DNA of 64,000 nucleotides from Chthoniobacterales bacterium (GTDB lineage Bacteria; Verrucomicrobiota; Verrucomicrobiia; Chthoniobacterales; Chthoniobacteraceae): positions 160,001 to 224,000 of the forward strand of contig JBBQZX010000003.1 of the NCBI GenBank assembly GCA_038207335.1, in the 5' to 3' direction. Position numbers and translations under genes: made by a program. The notes under the pieces are model-generated. The model was given only the letters and a program-made list of their open reading frames with translations, was not told the DNA's origin and searched no databases. Shown in pieces: positions 61,643-64,000 of this stretch. Position 1 is the first letter of the stretch, and each line of letters starts with the position of its first letter.

Positions 61643-62623
61643 ATGCCAGCTAAAAATTTCAACACCCCAATGGAATGGAATCTGCCGCCGGTGAATTTCG
61701 GCTGGCTCTGGCGCGGGCTCGCGATCGTCATCCTGATTTGGGCGAGCTTTTCGCTTTTCACCAGCGTCCCTGCGGACTCCGTCGGCGTGCTGATTCGGCT
61801 GGGACAATTCAGGGACGTGCTGAAGCCGGGGTTGCAATTCAAACTGCCGCTCGGCATCGACCGGATTACGATCGTGCCCGTGCAGCGGCAGTTGAAACTC
61901 GAATTCGGTTTCCAGACGCCGGGCGCGACGAATCACGACCAGAGTTCTGACGAGCCAGAGGAGGAGAAAAACATGGTGACCGGCGATCTGAACATGGCGC
62001 TCGTCGAGTGGGTCGTGCAGTACCGCATCGACGATCCAAAGATGTATCTTTTCAACGTCCGCGAGCCCGGCTGGACGCTGCGTGATGCGAGCGAGTCGGC
62101 GATGCGCGAGGTGGTCGGCGACCGGACTGTGGATGAGGTGCTCACGATCGGTCGGCAGGAGATCGAAAATGAGGCGCTTCTTGGAATGAAGCGGCTCTCT
62201 GAGCAGTACGGGCTCGGCCTGACGGTGATGCAGGTGCAACTCAAGGACGTACATCCGCCCCGCGCGGTGCAGGCGAGTTTTAATGAAGTGAACCAGGCGC
62301 AGCAGGAGAAGGAGCAGGCGATCAATGTGGCGAACGGCGAATACAACAAGGCGGTGCCTCAGGCGCGAGGGATGGCGGATCAAAAGGTGCGCGAGGCCGA
62401 TGGATATGCGCTGAAGCGGGTGAACGAAGCGCGCGGCGACGCGGAGCGTTACCACGCTCTGCTGGTGGAATACACGAAAGCGCCGGAGGTGACGCGAAAG
62501 CGAATGTATCTGGAGGCGATGGCCGATGTGCTCCCGCTGCTGGAGCGAAAAATCATCCTTGATGAAAAGGCCGGGCAGCTCCTGCCGCTGTTGCCCCTCG
62601 ACCAAAAAGGAGGTGCGAAGTGA
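61643..62623 (+). CDS. hflK: FtsH protease modulator HflK
   Basis: MVTGDLNM, ESAMREVVG, PP.AVQASFNEV, PQARG, APEVTRKRMYLE. Confidence 0.95.
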   Translation: MPAKNFNTPMEWNLPPVNFGWLWRGLAIVILIWASFSLFTSVPADSVGVLIRLGQFRDVLKPGLQFKLPLGIDRITIVPVQRQLKLEFGFQTPGATNHDQSSDEPEEEKNMVTGDLNMALVEWVVQYRIDDPKMYLFNVREPGWTLRDASESAMREVVGDRTVDEVLTIGRQEIENEALLGMKRLSEQYGLGLTVMQVQLKDVHPPRAVQASFNEVNQAQQEKEQAINVANGEYNKAVPQARGMADQKVREADGYALKRVNEARGDAERYHALLVEYTKAPEVTRKRMYLEAMADVLPLLERKIILDEKAGQLLPLLPLDQKGGAK

Positions 62624-63666
62624 GCATCGGAACTTGGATTAAAATCGTGCTGGTGCTCGCGATCCTGCTGCTCGTGAGCGGCGTCGCTTACGTGATCCCG
62701 GAGACGGAGCAGATCATCATCACGCAATTCGGTGAGCCGATCGGTGCGCCGATCACGGATGCCGGGCTGCATTTCAAAGTGCCGTTCATTCAAGATGTGA
62801 ATCGCATCGAAAAACGCGTGCTCGAGTGGGATGGGCCGAGCGCCGAGATGCCGACGAAAGACAAGCTCTACCTCGTTGTCGATGCCTTTGGCCGGTGGCG
62901 CATCAGCGATCCGTTGCGATACTTTTTGCGACTCCGCGACGAGCGCAGCGCGCAGTCGCGGCTCGACGACATCCTCGGCAGCGAGACGCGCAACACGATC
63001 GCGCGGCACAAGCTCGTGGAGCTGATCCGCACGACGAAAGACCGCACCGCGGCGGTCGATGACGCGCTCGTGAGCAACAATAGCGGGACGGTCTCGGCGG
63101 GGCTGCCGCCGATTCAGTTTGGGCGCGTGGCGCTCGAAAAAGAGATCGGCGACCAGGCGCGCGCGAAGCTCGCAGAATTCGGCATCGAGCTGCTCGACGT
63201 GCGCTTCAAGCGGATCAACTACAACCCGGCGGTGAGCGCGAAAATCTTCGACCGGATGACGAGCGAGCGCCGGCAGATAGCGGATCGTTTCCGCAGCGAA
63301 GGCGCGGGTGAAGCGGCGAAGATCATGGGGAGTAAAGAGCGCGATCTTTTCGAGATCGAATCCGAGGCATATCGCTCCGTGCAAGTGACACAGGGCAAGG
63401 CGGATGCAACGGCAGCGGCGATTTATGCGGAGGCATACAATTCGACGCCAGAGGCGCGTGAATTCTACGGCTTCACGCGGACGCTCGACACGTATCGCAC
63501 CGTTTTTGCGAGCGGCACGACTGCGGTGCTGACGACTGACGGGAGCTTTCTGCGGCTGCTGAAGGGCGAGGAAATCAAGCCCACTGCCGCGGCTGTGAAA
63601 GCGCCGCCGCCGCCCGGGCCGCCCGCAGCTCCCGCGCTGCCACCCGCTGCGCCGCCGGTTCCGTAG
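62620..63666 (+). CDS. hflC: FtsH protease modulator HflC
   Basis: QFGEP, GLHFKVPF, WRISDP, DVRFKRI, RMTSER, RSEG; Pro-rich tail. Confidence 0.95.
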   Translation: MSIGTWIKIVLVLAILLLVSGVAYVIPETEQIIITQFGEPIGAPITDAGLHFKVPFIQDVNRIEKRVLEWDGPSAEMPTKDKLYLVVDAFGRWRISDPLRYFLRLRDERSAQSRLDDILGSETRNTIARHKLVELIRTTKDRTAAVDDALVSNNSGTVSAGLPPIQFGRVALEKEIGDQARAKLAEFGIELLDVRFKRINYNPAVSAKIFDRMTSERRQIADRFRSEGAGEAAKIMGSKERDLFEIESEAYRSVQVTQGKADATAAAIYAEAYNSTPEAREFYGFTRTLDTYRTVFASGTTAVLTTDGSFLRLLKGEEIKPTAAAVKAPPPPGPPAAPALPPAAPPVP

Positions 63667-63675
63667 TGCGGTGCG

Positions 63676-64000
63676 ATGGCGGATTTGACGATCACCTTTC
63701 TCGGAACGGGGACCTCGCAAGGCATCCCGGTGATCGGTTGCGATTGCGCAGTCTGCACCTCAGCCGATCCGCGCGACACGCGCACACGCTCGTCGCTTTA
63801 TTTGCAGACGCCGGAGTGCTCGTGGGTGATTGATACCGGCCCCGATTTTCGCGCGCAGTGCCTGCGCGAAAAGGTGCGGGTCGTGGATGCGGTCGTTTAC
63901 ACGCACTCGCATGCCGACCACATCATGGGCTTCGACGACCTGCGCGCATTCTCGCCTCCCGGCGGCATGCTGCCGGTCTATGCGTCGCCGGAGACGATGG
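63676..64000 (+). CDS. MBL-fold metallo-hydrolase (PhnP-like), partial at the window edge
   Basis: Manual translation MADLTITFLGTGTSQGIPVIGCDCAVC...IDTGPDFR...THSHADHIMG. Confidence 0.9.
   Translation, partial: MADLTITFLGTGTSQGIPVIGCDCAVCTSADPRDTRTRSSLYLQTPECSWVIDTGPDFRAQCLREKVRVVDAVVYTHSHADHIMGFDDLRAFSPPGGMLPVYASPETM

Overview
High-GC bacterial chromosomal window. PEP-CTERM and prepilin/H-X9-DG genes, DUF1844/DUF3500, mcsB-clpC and a str-S10 cluster lacking tuf point to the PVC superphylum, most likely Verrucomicrobiota; this is inference, not a database result. 1-23.6 kb holds mixed housekeeping and accessory genes: rapA, two methyltransferases, an FKBP, an ECF sigma module, a redoxin/heme/Cu-monooxygenase fusion, fabG-sixA-pgl, a PEP-CTERM/pilin pair and ArsR. 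24-41.2 kb is the ribosomal superoperon rpsL to rpsD. It lacks tuf, rpsN, rpmD, adk, infA, rpoA and rplQ, and has an unrelated gene inserted between rpsS and rplV. 41.4-64 kb holds mcsB-clpC, a five-PAS hybrid kinase with its regulator, ispA, an FHA-pseudokinase, lptD, glycoside hydrolases, rhaA, hflKC and a partial MBL hydrolase. The strongest candidate for an undescribed system is the ECF module at 8.8-10.1 kb: mirror-image ECF-like promoters, a hairpin with a G-rich loop and a small anti-sigma-like gene. Also notable are the S10-operon insert, the doubly degenerate FHA-pseudokinase, a SecY with an extra C-terminal hydrophobic helix and a candidate solitary attC site. I recognised no rRNA, tRNA, CRISPR array or intact transposase/integrase. 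All calls come from reading motifs by eye; no searches were run.
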